IMG/VR virus record: IMGVR_UViG_3300044818_000015
Location: 1 to 64,000 of that record
From: a virus
Length of the DNA stretch: 64,000 bases
Strand: one strand, 5' to 3'
Shown here: in pieces, positions 54,557-64,000 of the stretch
How positions within the stretch are numbered: position 1 is the stretch's first letter
How the letters are laid out: each line of letters opens with the position of its first letter
Notes under the pieces: generated by a model
The model's input: the letters and a program-made list of their open reading frames with translations, nothing else
The model's database searches: none
Told to the model about the DNA's origin: nothing
Position numbers and translations under genes: made by a program

Positions 54557-54793
54557 ATGGCGAACAGATTTCTCACGCCCGATGAGGCCGCAGAAGGATT
54601 ACTGCGGGATCTCCGCGAGTTGGGCGAGAAGATCAGCATGAGGGCTGGCGTTTCAGAGGAGGATGGCCAGTTCTGGGTGGCTTACGAGTTCCAGACTCGC
54701 GTCGGGCGCTTCCCCCACAATCCCCAGTCCGACGACGGACAGCGCTTCGAACGGATCAGCGAAGAGATTCGTAAAGCGGGTGGACGGATCTAG
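54557..54793 (+). CDS. small moron gene antisense to the virion operon
   Basis: TAGAAC/AAAGG upstream; fills the gap between two ejection genes. Confidence 0.6.
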   Translation: MANRFLTPDEAAEGLLRDLRELGEKISMRAGVSEEDGQFWVAYEFQTRVGRFPHNPQSDDGQRFERISEEIRKAGGRI

Positions 54794-55738
54794 TTATGAC
54801 TCCGGATCGCCGAACGATTGGAATGCGGGATTCGACCATCCTCCGCCGCTCCCGCCCGGTTTGGTGCGGCCCATTTTCGAGAGCCCATAAAGCATCGCGC
54901 TGTTGCCGACGCCGTTCAGCGCGCCGCCCCAGGCATTCGCCGCGCCCACCGTACCCGCTGCCTGCGAGTTGCCGACGCCGGTGATCAGGTCCGCGTCTTT
55001 CCCGGCACCCTGCATTTGGGCGTTGCCGATATACTCGTTGCCCTGCATGGCGGTATTCGTCTTCAGGCCAGCCGCCTGCATGTTGGTATTCACGCCCATG
55101 CCGGCGAGCGACGTCAGCTCTCCGCCGTAGATGCCGCCCGCCTGGAGATTCTGCGCGTTGGCCGTCTGGCCCATATTGGCGAGCGATTGATAGCCGGCCC
55201 GGTTGGTGTCGAACGTGGAAAGAGCGCGGGCGTACGCATCCTTATAACTGGTCCCAGCGAGTCCCTGCGAGTAGCCCTCCATGGCTTTCAGCGTGGCGCC
55301 CGATTGCAGCATTCCGCGCGAGGCGGCCGAGCTTTGCAGCGCCTTCAATCCCTGAGCCAGTTGGAACTGGTAACCCGGCTCGCTCTCGAGGTCCTTCGGG
55401 TTGAAGCTGAAGTCACCCTGCGACTTCATCTTGTCCAGGCCGTACGTCCCCGATTCCGCGTAGGGAGTCAGGCCCGCCTTCATGTCGGCGTAGACGCCTT
55501 TTTGCGCCGTGCCGGCATCGCCGATGTATTTGGTGGCAGCTCCGGTACCGGCGTCGACGGCGTTATTCGCCTGCTCGATGCCGGCGTATCCCCGCTCCAC
55601 CGCGGCGCCGGTCGCGTAGTCAACCTTCTTCTGCGCGGCTTCCCCGGCGATCCTCTGCTGTTCCGCGGCTTTCCTCGCGGAGCTCGATCCGATGAGGCCC
55701 CCGATCAAAGAAGTTCCGGCCGCGGCTAATATCGGCAT
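54794..55738 (-). CDS. DNA ejection/transfer protein (P22 gp7-like)
   Basis: Gly/Ala-rich N-terminus; PGYQFQLAQG...AASRGMLQSGATLKA. Confidence 0.85.
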   Translation of the reverse strand: MPILAAAGTSLIGGLIGSSSARKAAEQQRIAGEAAQKKVDYATGAAVERGYAGIEQANNAVDAGTGAATKYIGDAGTAQKGVYADMKAGLTPYAESGTYGLDKMKSQGDFSFNPKDLESEPGYQFQLAQGLKALQSSAASRGMLQSGATLKAMEGYSQGLAGTSYKDAYARALSTFDTNRAGYQSLANMGQTANAQNLQAGGIYGGELTSLAGMGVNTNMQAAGLKTNTAMQGNEYIGNAQMQGAGKDADLITGVGNSQAAGTVGAANAWGGALNGVGNSAMLYGLSKMGRTKPGGSGGGWSNPAFQSFGDPES

Positions 55739-55740
55739 GT

Positions 55741-56211
55741 TTATGTGACCATCGGCTTACTCGCACCCAGTAGTATCTGGTCCTGGAGTTTGCCGTCCTT
55801 TTTATAACTCTTGAGGTTTCTTCCGTACGCCTTGAGTCCCGCACGTAACCCGAATCTGTGCGCGATCGCGTTCGATTCGACGACGCTCGTCACGGCGCGA
55901 ACGCACGGCGTGTGTTTCCAGAGCCATCCGTGCGGCCCGAGCAGCTCGTGCATCGCCGTCAGCGCCCGCCGGTCGAGCGCCATCACGGTATGGAACGCCC
56001 AGGTGATCGTGTTGCCGTTGTCCGGCGCGAACATCCAGAAGCCGAGGAGTACTCCTCCATCGCGCGCCAGGATGTACCAGACGGCCGCGTTCTCAATCAC
56101 GGCTGCATCCTCGATCGAGGCCGAGAAGTCATCGCCCAGGAACGGGAACAGCCCGGGATTGCGCACCAGCTCGTTCAACATTCCGTATTCGAAGGTGCGT
56201 TCGAAGGTCAT
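55741..56211 (-). CDS. GNAT-fold protein (P22 gp14-like position)
   Basis: FHT...N.IAHRFGLRAGLKAYG..LKSYKKDGKLQDQILLG. Confidence 0.75.
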   Translation of the reverse strand: MTFERTFEYGMLNELVRNPGLFPFLGDDFSASIEDAAVIENAAVWYILARDGGVLLGFWMFAPDNGNTITWAFHTVMALDRRALTAMHELLGPHGWLWKHTPCVRAVTSVVESNAIAHRFGLRAGLKAYGRNLKSYKKDGKLQDQILLGASKPMVT

Positions 56212-56777
56212 CAGTAGAGATCGATCTGGCAGTTGAGGTTCAGATGGGTTGTGCCCACTGCCGCGCCATAGAGCCGCAAGTCTCCGGTGGTGTACAAGAA
56301 AAGCATCGCTGCGCCCCACGTATTGGACCCGCTGCTGTAGGTCGCGATGCGGCCCACCAGGGAGATATCCGCGCGGAAGTAGCCTGCGGGCATCGTGCAG
56401 AGCACTATCGCGTCGGTAATGACACCACCCGAGAGCTGCCCGCGCAGGTGCAGCTTGTCAGGCGTCGACTCTTTGGAATAGACTTGGGCGCCATAGGTGG
56501 GTACGTTTGCCGATGCCCATCCGTTTTGCGGCGCAGGCAGGGCGATCCACGCTGGCACCACAGCGCCACCGGATGCTATCACTGCCGGCGCGTCCTCAAG
56601 CGCGGTCACTGCCGCGTCCAGCTTCCCGATCGCGCGCAGGGTGCCTTTCCAGAAGTCGTACCAAACCCGGTTCACGCCTCCCAGCCTGGAGATCATGCCG
56701 GCGGATTCGTCGCTGCCGTCTCCGTCGAACATCGCCGAGCGGATCGGGACTTCATTATGGCGGTCGGGATTAACCAC
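56211..56777 (-). CDS. tail needle/plug-position structural protein
   Basis: NRVWYDFW motif; C-terminal HLRG...LCTMPAGYFR beta-domain; synteny. Confidence 0.6.
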   Translation of the reverse strand: MVNPDRHNEVPIRSAMFDGDGSDESAGMISRLGGVNRVWYDFWKGTLRAIGKLDAAVTALEDAPAVIASGGAVVPAWIALPAPQNGWASANVPTYGAQVYSKESTPDKLHLRGQLSGGVITDAIVLCTMPAGYFRADISLVGRIATYSSGSNTWGAAMLFLYTTGDLRLYGAAVGTTHLNLNCQIDLY

Positions 56778-56778
56778 C

Positions 56779-58896
56779 TTACGAGATCCCCAGTTCCACG
56801 TCCAGATAGGCGTTAATCAGGGCCTTCGGCGCATTTCCCGTCACCGTCAACCGGAATACCCGGTCATCGGCGCTGCCGAGCTGCCAGAACACTACGCGGT
56901 CCATCGTGTTTACGGTCGACGCGGTAATCGTGAATGCCGGTCCGCCGCCCTCGAATGTATGGCCGCCGTCGTCGGACCATTCGAGCTCCACCGTCAGGGC
57001 TATTCCGCCCTTGGCTGTTTCGAGATCGAGCTGCCATTTGAGGAAGAATTGCCGCAAGCGCTCTTCGCAGATATGCGGCAGAGTGCGGAAGCACGCCATC
57101 TCGTGGCTGTCGTCGGTATAGATGGTGGGCGACAACTCGTAGATCTTTCCGTTCTGGTAGTCGCCGATCCAGTGCTTGCCCCAGACGTAGCAGTGGCAAT
57201 TGGCGCGATGCCGGTGCTCTGCCGCCGGGCCGGGCACATTGCTCCAGGAAGTGCGCTCATGCCACATGGGCTTGCCCATTTCAAGCGAGGACGTGCGGTC
57301 GTACACCCAGGTCTCATCCGCATCGGGAAAGGTGACTTGCCATAATTCGTGGCCATCCAATCGATAGGAGAAGCCGATCGCATCCGAGGACTGCGCGAAG
57401 GTTTTCCAGTGCGCTTCGAGCGCGAACGTGGAAATGCGTTCCGGCTGATAGCCTTTGACGTAATAAGCCAGGGGCCCGCCGGCCAGGCTGCCTCCGATGA
57501 AGGCGAGTCCATCGCGAAATCCGGCTACCGACGCCGGCGCGAAGATGCCAACGCTCATGGTCGCCCCGTCATCGCGTTGCAGCGGGAAGCTGGTTGCATC
57601 CGCCGCTGGCCCGCGCCATACTTCGCTCTTCGATTCGCCGAGGACGTACAACTCGGAGTGGTCGGAGTAAAGAGCGCCGATATTGTCGGGGTAGGTCTCC
57701 TTGCGGGCGCTATCGAGAGGAGCGAATATGGTGCCGTCGCCCGCCGCGGAGGCCTGCATGAGCTTCGATGAGGGCGGCGCGACGATGAAATAGCTGTTGA
57801 GGAATGCCCCCGATGCGGCCTCGAGGATCGGATTCATCGCAAACGTGTAGGTTCCGGGAGCGACGACTGTCCCGAGTTCCAGGCTTGTGGGGCTCGTCAC
57901 GCTGGTCGGACTGCCCATGGATGTGCCGTCAAGCAGCAGAGTGGCCCCCACGATCCCAAAGGCGACCCCCACTCCGGCCATAGGAAACAAATCCCCTGAA
58001 TCCCAGGTAAGCGTGGTGCCCGCCACCGTTGCCGTTCCGTTCAGGCCGGCAACCACGTAGAACTGCGCGAGCGATACGCCCGGGTCCGTCGCCAGATTCA
58101 CGCGGTAGCCCGCGGGCGCGGGGACATTCGTCACCGTGTAGATCACGTTATTGATCTGGATGGCGGAGCCCGCCTGCAGGGTGGGGAAAAGAGTAAGCGT
58201 GCCGGTAGCCGGACTTGCCACGTAAACCGAGTAATCGACAGCCGCGGCGTTCGTCGTCGATTCTACGGTGACCAGGGACGTCGGACTAAGGGGGAGTTTG
58301 ACGTGGCAGGCCACGCCATCGATCGTGATCAGGTCGCCCGAGATCAAGCCCGCAAAAGTCTGCCCGCTAAACCAGGACACCAACTGCCCGGCGCTGGTGA
58401 CCCTTCCAATCCGGGAAAGGGTATCGGCTGTTCCGGTTATCGGATCTCCAGACACCGGTCCGAGTCCGTTGTCGATGTAGAACCGTCCGGCGCTCACAAT
58501 TCCCAGTTGATCGCCGTTCGGAAGCATCTGCACCGGCAGGCCGTCGTCGCCCACGTCGCCGCGCGCTGTGTGGTCGGCCGGTCCGCCGAGGCCGATGATG
58601 GTTCCGTCCTGGGCAATCTCGTAGAGCTTCGATCCCACCACCGCGAACATGCGCCCGCCCGAGCCGTCGAGAGGATACAGTGGGGAGCCGCCTGCCAGTA
58701 AGCCGCGTACGCCAGTGAACCCGGTTCCTAGCTGGACCAGCGCCGCGGCCAGCCCCGGGCATGAGCGCAGATAGCCGACACACTTCTCGCCGTCCACCTC
58801 CACCACTTCGGAGAACAGGTTGACGCTCCGCTGGCAGGCAACGTTCTTCGAGGCGAGCGAGTAACTGGGAGAGAGCCAGCCTTTAAATGGGGCCAT
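56779..58896 (-). CDS. packaged DNA stabilization protein (P22 gp10-like tail nozzle)
   Basis: QRSVNLF, PERIST.ALE, GHELWQVTFP, WHER, LEWSDDGGHTF, QLG..DRVFRL. Confidence 0.9.
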   Translation of the reverse strand: MAPFKGWLSPSYSLASKNVACQRSVNLFSEVVEVDGEKCVGYLRSCPGLAAALVQLGTGFTGVRGLLAGGSPLYPLDGSGGRMFAVVGSKLYEIAQDGTIIGLGGPADHTARGDVGDDGLPVQMLPNGDQLGIVSAGRFYIDNGLGPVSGDPITGTADTLSRIGRVTSAGQLVSWFSGQTFAGLISGDLITIDGVACHVKLPLSPTSLVTVESTTNAAAVDYSVYVASPATGTLTLFPTLQAGSAIQINNVIYTVTNVPAPAGYRVNLATDPGVSLAQFYVVAGLNGTATVAGTTLTWDSGDLFPMAGVGVAFGIVGATLLLDGTSMGSPTSVTSPTSLELGTVVAPGTYTFAMNPILEAASGAFLNSYFIVAPPSSKLMQASAAGDGTIFAPLDSARKETYPDNIGALYSDHSELYVLGESKSEVWRGPAADATSFPLQRDDGATMSVGIFAPASVAGFRDGLAFIGGSLAGGPLAYYVKGYQPERISTFALEAHWKTFAQSSDAIGFSYRLDGHELWQVTFPDADETWVYDRTSSLEMGKPMWHERTSWSNVPGPAAEHRHRANCHCYVWGKHWIGDYQNGKIYELSPTIYTDDSHEMACFRTLPHICEERLRQFFLKWQLDLETAKGGIALTVELEWSDDGGHTFEGGGPAFTITASTVNTMDRVVFWQLGSADDRVFRLTVTGNAPKALINAYLDVELGIS

Positions 58897-58931
58897 AGTG
58901 AGTGTAGAGTTAGGGAAGTGGAGGTGCGGAC

Positions 58932-59216
58932 ATGCAAACGCTGAATCTGGAGGCGCCGACGATGCGGCCCTATGGCCAACGGGTTGGCAAGCTAACCCGC
59001 TTTGGAGGAACGTGGCTCGATCTGGACCGGATCGAAGGCGTCGTATTCGGGCCGGAGGACGGTTGCGGATCTGAGGTATCCCTCAGCGGAGGCGACAGAC
59101 TGCACCTTTCCTTTGAAGATGCGGAATGCCTGCGGGTTTACCTCACCGCATTCGAGTCCATTCAAAGAGACGTGGACAGCATTCCTGTAGCGTCCGGCGT
59201 AGAATCTGCGCCGTAA
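58932..59216 (+). CDS. small moron gene antisense to the virion operon
   Basis: TAGAGT -10-like box and GGAGG RBS. Confidence 0.65.
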   Translation: MQTLNLEAPTMRPYGQRVGKLTRFGGTWLDLDRIEGVVFGPEDGCGSEVSLSGGDRLHLSFEDAECLRVYLTAFESIQRDVDSIPVASGVESAP

Positions 59217-59248
59217 GCCAACGCAGTGCGTGCCCGACGACGCATGAC

Positions 59249-60043
59249 TTAATCGCCAGTCCGGTAATTGAAGCCGCTGCGCCCGCTCCGAATCGGCATG
59301 ATCCCCGGGTTGCAGTCCATCTGCGGCGTCTGCGCGTTCAACCGTTGGATCTTCGCCAGTGCCTCGGTCGCCAGCATCACTACGCCCTCTTTGAGAGGCT
59401 TGTCCCATTCCATGGCGAGACGGATTGCCAGGTGATAGCGCACGGCATCGAGATATCCAGGCGGCACGCTGAAGGTTGTCGCTCCATCGAGAATTGCTCC
59501 CGCGATCGGCTGCCAGGAGGAAAGCCATACCAAATCGGCCGAGCTCTGCGGTACCGGCCAGAGGTTCGCGGTCGCATAGGGATAACTCGTCGCGTAGTAC
59601 AGCCGCTGCGGGATCGTGCTGCCCGTGCCCGGCAGCGGGATCGATTGAAACTGGTCGGAATTGATTACTTGCAGTTCCAGGTGCAGCGGCGATGCCGGGT
59701 TGGTCATCACCACGAGCATCGCTTTGGTGACTTTCACCGGACGGCTGGCGTCCCAGTTGCCCTGCGGCCCCACGGTGTACTGCGCCTGGCCCGCCACCAG
59801 GGCAAACGATTGTGTCAGCGTGCAGTAGGCGTTCAGCTCGTCCACTGCCCAGGAATCGAGCATGGCGTTGAGGATAAAAAGCGCGTCCGTAAGCTCGCTA
59901 TCGCTGTATCCGAATCCCGGGAGTAACTGGCCGATGCACCGGAACGAGCTGCGTAACAGATCGCTGACCAGGACGCCGGCGCCCGCGATCGTCCCGCCGC
60001 CGGCCAGGGGTTGGTTGAATAGTGCAGTGTTAAATTCGCCCAT
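59249..60043 (-). CDS. head-tail connector (P22 gp4-like), copy 1
   Basis: DALFILNAMLDSW, YTVGP.G, LWPVP, PPGYLDAVRYHLAIRLA. Confidence 0.85.
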   Translation of the reverse strand: MGEFNTALFNQPLAGGGTIAGAGVLVSDLLRSSFRCIGQLLPGFGYSDSELTDALFILNAMLDSWAVDELNAYCTLTQSFALVAGQAQYTVGPQGNWDASRPVKVTKAMLVVMTNPASPLHLELQVINSDQFQSIPLPGTGSTIPQRLYYATSYPYATANLWPVPQSSADLVWLSSWQPIAGAILDGATTFSVPPGYLDAVRYHLAIRLAMEWDKPLKEGVVMLATEALAKIQRLNAQTPQMDCNPGIMPIRSGRSGFNYRTGD

Positions 60044-60061
60044 GGTGGTGTCCTCGGGCGC

Positions 60062-62863
60062 TTAATAGGACGGATAAAACTTCGAAGTACCGGGGTCGTA
60101 GCACATTTGCATGGCCTTGCCGATGACTCCGGTGCTCGCGATCGCGATGTTGCCGGCGTTGGTGGTGGTGTAGGCCGCATCCGGGATCCAGTTGAGGCAG
60201 CCGCCCGTGAAGCCCGCAGGCAGCGTCACCGTAACAATGGCGGCCGTGCCCGTGACGTGGAACATCGCGCCAGTGGGAAGGATTGTTGCCGCGCTTGCCA
60301 CGTTGGCGCCCACCAGGTTGTTGTTGTAAGTGGGCAATCCTCCCAGCCAGAGCAGGGTGCCATCGGAGTAGTAGAACGTCGGGACATTCCGCCGTGCGGC
60401 GTAGGTGTTGCCGATGGTGGCGCCGGCGGTAAAAGCAACCACCCCATCGACGGCGGTGAAGTAGCCGCTGCGTCCGGCCCAGGCGGATCCAGACGCAGGC
60501 ACGGAGCCCGCCGGTCCGATGGCGGTGATCGTAGTTGTGCCGGTGATATTGAAATTGGGATTGAGGGGCATCGTCAGGGTCGCCGCGGAGGCCACCGTGC
60601 CTTGCACGTCCGAGACGCCCAGATTGAACCCCATCGTCAAGTGGGTCGGGAACGTAGCGCCGCCTAAATTGATAGCGATAGGCCCGGTGGTGAATGGTCC
60701 GGTGAAGGAAGCGCCCGAGAGATCGTTCCCGGCGATCACAACATTGGCGCCGCCGGCCTCGGCCAGGATTCCCCAGGCTGCCTTGCTGGAATGGATGACG
60801 TTGTTGGTAATTATGGCGCTGGCCCCGTTGAGGATGATGCAGCCAATCGAGGCCGAGGACGCCTCATTGCAGTCGGTGATCGAGTTGCCTGAGATCACCG
60901 CTTGCCGCCCCTGCGCCGCATTCAACTGAATGGCGGCGTTCTTCAGGGAGCGAAAATTGTTATCGGTGATCGAAATCACTCCGAACGGCGCTCCGCCGCT
61001 TGTAGTTTGCAGGACGGCGTAATTGCAGGTTGCCGCCCCGCCGACGTCGGAATTGTGAATATAGATGTCCCCCGCGTTGGCGCTCGCGGTGTTGGCAATT
61101 TGGAACGCGGCTCCGTTGGCGGCGCATCCATCCACCAGCAGATCATCGATATCGATGCTGGCCAGATACCAGATGGGATACCCGGTTAATCCGCCCGGTA
61201 CCATTTTTATGAACGCATCGCCGCCAGCGCCACGGACGTGCGAGATGCCGATGCCATCAGCCGCCTGGATGTTGATGGCGACCGCGCCCGAGGTTTGTGT
61301 GGTCGCTGGGCTGATCGAGAAAATCTCGCCGTTCGTGACGGTGATATCGGAGTTGCTTTGCAGCCCGACCGTGGCGGTGAACAGGATGGCGTCGAGCGCA
61401 TGGGCCTGGTTTTGCAAGTAGAAGTTGTTGAGACTCGAATTCGACGCGGCGTCGAACACTACTTGGTGCGGCCCGTCATAGATGCGGATGCCGTCAATGT
61501 GGCAGGAAACTTTGACGCAGTAGATGGCGGCCCCGGTCGATTGCGCGGCGGTGGTGTAGTTGTTGATGGTCAGGTTGCGGACATAGGTCTGCTTCACCGG
61601 GCTTGTGGAAGCCGTGTCCGCGATCAGCAACAGATCGCCATTGGCATGATCCTCCGGCCGGGTGATCGAATATTGCGCCCCGGTGTTCTTGCCGTCGAGC
61701 GTGAAGTTACCGAGCGGAAAGGTGACCTTCCCGTGCATCACGATCCCGGCCTCCGGATTCAGTTCCGCCGTCCCGCCTCCATAGGTGGCGAACAGGTAAC
61801 CCAGAGCTTCCTGGATCCCGCCCGTCGCACTGAGGACCGTCCAGGCGCCTGAGTGATTGTTGGCGGGCGACACCTGCACCGTCCCGGATGCCAGTCCCGA
61901 GGTACATGTGCCGCCGGCGGAGACCAGCGCTTCCGCCGTGCCGCTTCCACCGGTGATATAGAGTGTGCTGGCATAGACCCCGTTTGCCACGATTCCCACC
62001 GGGCAGGGAATCAGCGTGATGGATTGCAGCCCACCGCCGCCCGTCAGAGTGCCGCCGGGCGTTTGCACAGGGAAGTCGAAATCCGGAACGTATGCCGTGG
62101 CCGCTGTCTTGAAGGCCCCGCTAAAGGGCGTCGTGGCGTCCGCTCGGTACCGCTGAAACGGCGCCGTGCCGGTGGGAGTTACTGCCGGCAGCACACCCGA
62201 GTCCACCAATGCGCCGTCCGAGTCATACTTCGGCACCGTTCCTACGCCCGGGGCGCTTGAAGCGGCCATCTGCACTTTCGTGGTGTTCAATCCGCGGGTG
62301 CTGCCGTTCAGTAGCGCCTGCAGGCCCAGAGGCGCGGTGACCTGGCCCGTTCCTCCTTTATTGATAGGGATCGTGGGCCCCGAGGTTGTGCCCGGGATAT
62401 TGGCCATGCTCGCGCCGAGCGCCGTCTCGATGGCCTCTACTTCCACCCGGTTCACATTGTGGTGCCACGCCGTCATGAGCACCGCAACGCAACCGTGAGG
62501 GGTCGTCCCGACGCACGTCGCGCCAGTTGAAGTATGTACGGCGGCGGTGGTGCCATCGAAGGCGCGTCCGTTGATATTCGGGCAGGCTCCGGTGGCTCCT
62601 ACGTTCAGAACGTTCGCCCCTGCTACGCCGCAGATCGAGATAATCTCCGAATCGACGCTGACCAGCATGTTGGCGACGAAGCCCGTGGTCGAGGCCACAA
62701 CCAGCACTGTGTCGCCCACCAGCGTGGTCGAGGTCAGATTCGTCTGGAGCCGGTTGACGGCCACCTTGAGTTGGCTGTCGGCGGCTACCGCGGTCGGGAA
62801 TTGCGCCGTCTGCGCGCAGGCCGATACTACGGCCATGACAAGTAAGAGGGCGAGGTTTCGCAT
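60062..62863 (-). CDS. tailspike-like beta-helix protein with N-terminal signal/lipoprotein peptide
   Basis: IQEAL...GGG, Asn/Ile-rich beta-helix rungs (ITDNNF, ISGNSI, IITNNV, IAGND); duplicated VASAAT C-terminal domain. Confidence 0.75.
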   Translation of the reverse strand: MRNLALLLVMAVVSACAQTAQFPTAVAADSQLKVAVNRLQTNLTSTTLVGDTVLVVASTTGFVANMLVSVDSEIISICGVAGANVLNVGATGACPNINGRAFDGTTAAVHTSTGATCVGTTPHGCVAVLMTAWHHNVNRVEVEAIETALGASMANIPGTTSGPTIPINKGGTGQVTAPLGLQALLNGSTRGLNTTKVQMAASSAPGVGTVPKYDSDGALVDSGVLPAVTPTGTAPFQRYRADATTPFSGAFKTAATAYVPDFDFPVQTPGGTLTGGGGLQSITLIPCPVGIVANGVYASTLYITGGSGTAEALVSAGGTCTSGLASGTVQVSPANNHSGAWTVLSATGGIQEALGYLFATYGGGTAELNPEAGIVMHGKVTFPLGNFTLDGKNTGAQYSITRPEDHANGDLLLIADTASTSPVKQTYVRNLTINNYTTAAQSTGAAIYCVKVSCHIDGIRIYDGPHQVVFDAASNSSLNNFYLQNQAHALDAILFTATVGLQSNSDITVTNGEIFSISPATTQTSGAVAINIQAADGIGISHVRGAGGDAFIKMVPGGLTGYPIWYLASIDIDDLLVDGCAANGAAFQIANTASANAGDIYIHNSDVGGAATCNYAVLQTTSGGAPFGVISITDNNFRSLKNAAIQLNAAQGRQAVISGNSITDCNEASSASIGCIILNGASAIITNNVIHSSKAAWGILAEAGGANVVIAGNDLSGASFTGPFTTGPIAINLGGATFPTHLTMGFNLGVSDVQGTVASAATLTMPLNPNFNITGTTTITAIGPAGSVPASGSAWAGRSGYFTAVDGVVAFTAGATIGNTYAARRNVPTFYYSDGTLLWLGGLPTYNNNLVGANVASAATILPTGAMFHVTGTAAIVTVTLPAGFTGGCLNWIPDAAYTTTNAGNIAIASTGVIGKAMQMCYDPGTSKFYPSY

Positions 62864-63001
62864 TTTAGGGGAATTCCTTTAACTGCTTTTTGGGTTGAAC
62901 AATCTACTCGCGGGGCGCGGTGTTACCAGGAGCCGGCTTAAGCGGCCGGCGTAGAAGCTACCGGCGAAGCAACGCAGCAAACGTGCCCGAAGAAAACTGT
63001 C

Positions 63002-63658
63002 TTACTGTTGTTGCGCCTGCGCGCTATGTTCGCTGGCGTTGCTAGCGCCTAAAGCCGACTTACACTGGTCGGCCACCAGCTTGATGGTGGGATCGAGCTT
63101 CCGCCCGAACTTCGGCGCCAGGTCCACTGCCAGGTTGTACAGGATGGCCTTCAGGTATCCCGGCGGGAAGTCGAGATCGAGCGCGGTATCGGTGACCGCG
63201 GCTAACTGGCTCCATACCCACAGCGACAGTGTTTGGCCGCCGTTCGGGATCGGATAGATGCGAATAGTCCCCACCGGGTAGGCGGCGTCGTACGTGAGTG
63301 CGCGGATCCGCGAGCCGGTCAACGCCGCGTCGTCCACTAATGCCTCGAACGTCAGGGCGTCCACCGGCTTTCCGTCGTCGCTCGTTCCGCCCGCCGTGGT
63401 CGATGCCCACGCTTCGATCTTCTCCGGCCGTGTGGGGAAAGTCCCGCCGGGTCCAGCGGTGAGGGTGGCCTGTCCGTTTACCAGCGCCGCGGTCACGCGC
63501 CCTACCGAGTAGACCGCCTGCCCCGTTGCGTTCCACTCGCCCAACAGCATATTCAGCCCTAGCAGGCTGGTTGTCCGCGCCTCGGGGCTAATTGTCTGTC
63601 CTGGGTAGCGGACGCCGAGGAGTAAGAGCGCTTCGAGAATCAGTTGATCGCCGGTCAT
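63002..63658 (-). CDS. head-tail connector (P22 gp4-like), copy 2
   Basis: LNMLLGEW, RP.KI, IYPIP, FPPGYLKAILYNLAVDLAP.FG. Confidence 0.85.
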   Translation of the reverse strand: MTGDQLILEALLLLGVRYPGQTISPEARTTSLLGLNMLLGEWNATGQAVYSVGRVTAALVNGQATLTAGPGGTFPTRPEKIEAWASTTAGGTSDDGKPVDALTFEALVDDAALTGSRIRALTYDAAYPVGTIRIYPIPNGGQTLSLWVWSQLAAVTDTALDLDFPPGYLKAILYNLAVDLAPKFGRKLDPTIKLVADQCKSALGASNASEHSAQAQQQ

Positions 63659-63661
63659 GGG

Positions 63662-64000
63662 TTACTCCGTTGCCGGTTTCGGCGATGGTGCGGACTTTGC
63701 CTTCTTCGAGGCGGCAGCGCGCAGCTCGAGAACTTCGGCCACTCGCTCGGCGCAGTAGCTCTGCACGTCCGCGTGGTCTTTCGCCAGCCGCGCATGCTCG
63801 GCGGTCAACGTGGCGAAGGCGTCCTGCAGACGAAGGTTCTCGGCCTTCAGCTCCCCCAGTGTCGGTTCGGCCACCGGCGCCACCAACGGGATGGGCGGGT
63901 AGGGCGTATCCCTCCACGGGCTTTCGAGCGCGCGGTCTTCGGCTTCGCCGTTCACGGTCTTGGTGCTGCCATCCGGGTGATAGCGGACGCTCGGATAGGA
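63662..64000 (-). CDS. phage structural-region protein, partial at right edge
   Basis: YPSVRYHPDGSTKTV...WRDTP motif then coiled coil; frame open to the window end. Confidence 0.6.
   Translation of the reverse strand, partial: SYPSVRYHPDGSTKTVNGEAEDRALESPWRDTPYPPIPLVAPVAEPTLGELKAENLRLQDAFATLTAEHARLAKDHADVQSYCAERVAEVLELRAAASKKAKSAPSPKPATE

Noticed and set aside
60062-62863. Diversity-generating retroelement or invertible tail cassette
   Set aside because: No reverse transcriptase, no template/variable repeat pair and no inverted sites near the tail genes; the C-terminal duplication is protein-level and diverged.

Overview
GC-rich window covering most of a temperate P22-like (short-tailed) phage or phage-plasmid genome. 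The likely host is Acidobacteriota (Bryobacteraceae/Solibacter-like), inferred from a TIGR03437-like gene and small basic proteins typical of that group. Layout: (1) 1-2.9 kb, minus strand: NusG/UpxY-type antiterminator and a serine resolvase, probably the start of the late operon, which would wrap round through terminase/portal/capsid genes outside the window; (2) 3-6.6 kb plus-strand cluster (HTH, vWA, truncated capsid paralogue, excisionase-like); (3) Cre-like tyrosine recombinase; (4) 8.4-24.8 kb rightward early/replication operon (IS630-like HTH, DnaA_N-containing replication protein, MerR, HNH, HerA-like ATPase, beta-propeller); (5) 24.9-29.8 kb leftward recombination operon behind a four-operator switch; (6) 29.9-33.3 kb accessory genes; (7) 33.4-64 kb minus-strand virion module. 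The most notable object is a 19.6-kb gene for a 6541-aa polyvalent, probably virion-ejected protein (lysozyme-like, DnaJ, Acb1-like 2H phosphoesterase, ParB-like, PBECR RNase, adenine MTase, Strawberry-notch helicase, HExxH peptidase). Its C-terminal modules are delimited by repeated P-Q-[YF]-S-R motifs. It also hides three +1-frame overprinted ORFs, and an antisense promoter upstream of two tandem four-way-junction RNAs next to the RNase domain, a candidate RNA antitoxin. All family assignments are from motif recognition by eye; no database searches were run.
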